A DNA stretch of 64,000 bases from Lysobacterales bacterium. GTDB lineage: Bacteria > Pseudomonadota > Gammaproteobacteria > Xanthomonadales > SZUA-5. Positions 62,620 through 64,000 of this stretch are shown piece by piece. The translations under genes were made by a program, and so were the position numbers. The stretch is from positions 29,071 through 93,070 of the forward strand of contig JALHMH010000018.1 of the NCBI GenBank assembly GCA_022844165.1, in the 5' to 3' direction. The notes below the pieces were generated by a model. The model made no database searches, had not been told where the DNA came from, and worked only from the letters and a program-made list of their open reading frames with translations. Position 1 is the stretch's first letter; each line of letters opens with the position of its first letter.

Positions 62620-63647
62620 CAGCGAGGCGCTCTCTCTTTCGTGGAATCCTTGGCGTTAGCGGCGCTCTTGGTTGCGGTTGGCTTCAACCGGCCTTTCCAT
62701 TGTTCCAGCTTGCGCTTGGTGACTTGCTGCGCATTCTCCGTTTGCATGTCGAGCACGGCACGGCGAACCACGCCAAGGCAGAATTCCTCGGCTTCCGCAA
62801 AGTTCAAGCCAAGCAAGTGTTTCGCCAGGGTTTCCGGTTCGAAGCCAAAGCTCACGCCGCACCGCTGTGCGATGGATGCGATGTAATGCGTCAGCTGTTC
62901 GCGCGTCGGGGTGGGCAGTTCAATCCGCAACTGGAAACGCCGCCAGACTGCCTTGTCCAGAAGCTCAGGGTGGTTGCTGGCGGCGACCACCACCACGTAA
63001 TCCGGCAAGTCGTCCAGCTGCATCAGTAAGGTGCTGACGACGCGCTTGATTTCCCCTGTCTCGTGGGTGTCTCCGCGCTCCTTACCCAACGTCTCGAACT
63101 CGTCGAAGAACAGGACACACCGCTGCGTCCTGGCGTAGTCGATCACGCTCTTCAATCGACTGGATGTTTCCCCGAGATAACTCCCGACCAACGTTTCGTA
63201 GCGGATAATTATTAGCGGATACATCAACTCGAATGCCAGCGCCTCGGCCAGCGTAGTTTTCCCATTGCCCGGCGGGCCCGCAATCAGGATTCGATTTCTT
63301 GCAAGCAAGTTGTGAGCGTGAAGCAACTCCGCGCGATGCTGTTCTTCCACGAGCTCCTGAATCTGGGTCCTGATGGTCTCCGGCAGCACCAGACTTTCCA
63401 GGTTGCGCTCTGGCGTGATTTCGTAAAGAAGATCTTTCACAGGGCTGCTGTCGCTCACCTTGGTGAGCGCGGGGCGAACAACCTGGGCTGCTGAAGGCCG
63501 CAATGCTTTAGTCATGCGTTCCGCAAGCAGCCGATGTCCTTTCTGACTTTCTTCCATGATTAGTCCTTCAGCTGCCTTCCTGAAGGCAAGCTGATCTCCG
63601 CTGGTTGCGGTCTTCAGCAGATCAACCAACAAATCAGCTTGCGCCAT
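62619..63647 (-). CDS. AAA+ ATPase, IetA-like
   Basis: GPPGNGKT, SYLGET, LFFDEFE, GEIKRVV, ASNHPELLDKAVWRRF. Confidence 0.92.
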   Translation of the reverse strand: MAQADLLVDLLKTATSGDQLAFRKAAEGLIMEESQKGHRLLAERMTKALRPSAAQVVRPALTKVSDSSPVKDLLYEITPERNLESLVLPETIRTQIQELVEEQHRAELLHAHNLLARNRILIAGPPGNGKTTLAEALAFELMYPLIIIRYETLVGSYLGETSSRLKSVIDYARTQRCVLFFDEFETLGKERGDTHETGEIKRVVSTLLMQLDDLPDYVVVVAASNHPELLDKAVWRRFQLRIELPTPTREQLTHYIASIAQRCGVSFGFEPETLAKHLLGLNFAEAEEFCLGVVRRAVLDMQTENAQQVTKRKLEQWKGRLKPTATKSAANAKDSTKERAPR

Positions 63648-63695
63648 GAGCCTTTGCTCCGTCAGACATAGAACGCCAACTCATTTCGTCATCTC

Positions 63696-63722
63696 AATTT
63701 AGGGCGGAAAGACCCAAGTCAA
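63696..63722 (-). promoter_or_regulatory. Possible sigma70 promoter of the ATPase-protease operon
   Basis: TTGACT-N15-TAAATT on the minus strand; the spacer is short. Confidence 0.3.
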
Positions 63723-63788
63723 CAGGCGCGCGTTGCGCATACTAGTGATCTGCGCGACGGGTTGCCTGTTCCCAGCTAGCAGCGCCCG

Positions 63789-64000
63789 ATGCAGCATACA
63801 TCGACGCCGTCAACCGTCACCGATCCGAGCAGCGGCACAACCTCCTTCACCTACAACGGTTTCGGCGAATTGCTCACGCGTACCGACAACCGTCCGCGCA
63901 CGAGCACCCACACCTACGATGTGCTGGGCCGCATGACAGCGCGCACTTGGGATGAGTTTCCGCACGGCTCGACGACATCGTTGCCGGCCAGCGAAATCAC
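63789..64000 (+). CDS. RHS/YD-repeat protein fragment, running off the window end
   Basis: Not in the ORF track. Translates MQHTSTPSTVTDPSSGTTSFTYNGFGELLTRTDNRPRTSTHTYDVLGRMTARTW, which is typical YD-repeat sequence. Confidence 0.75.
   Translation, partial: MQHTSTPSTVTDPSSGTTSFTYNGFGELLTRTDNRPRTSTHTYDVLGRMTARTWDEFPHGSTTSLPASEI

Overview
GC-rich chromosomal window. Gene content and protein style suggest a Xanthomonadales/Lysobacterales gammaproteobacterium (inference). Housekeeping genes (polA, sufT, ppa, yoaA-like helicase, pyrD, murB, groES-groEL, mnmG) are interspersed with many large secreted proteins: an HzsA-related heme protein, a BNR-repeat propeller lipoprotein (frameshifted), a VIT/DUF2135 protein, a Kp43-like S8 protease, twin P-domain/DUF11 proteins, a dual hydrolase, an M28 peptidase and a Cys-rich protein. 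The window ends with an IetAS-type AAA ATPase/S8 protease pair beside an RHS/YD-repeat fragment. Main leads: (1) three unrelated exported proteins share the C-terminal tail [MVL]FA[DN][GN]FE-stop, a candidate sorting signal, and two other tail types also occur; (2) an operon-like pair of a NapH/RdxA-type polyferredoxin-TPR membrane protein and a Cys-rich FANGFE-tailed secreted protein; (3) a sigma54-type promoter followed by about 55 nt and a strong terminator with no credible ORF, a candidate sRNA; (4) a 164-181 bp repeat family with compensatory hairpin changes, stacked at CTAG sites together with a MITE. No rRNA, tRNA or CRISPR array was seen. Family assignments come from motif recognition only; no database searches were run.
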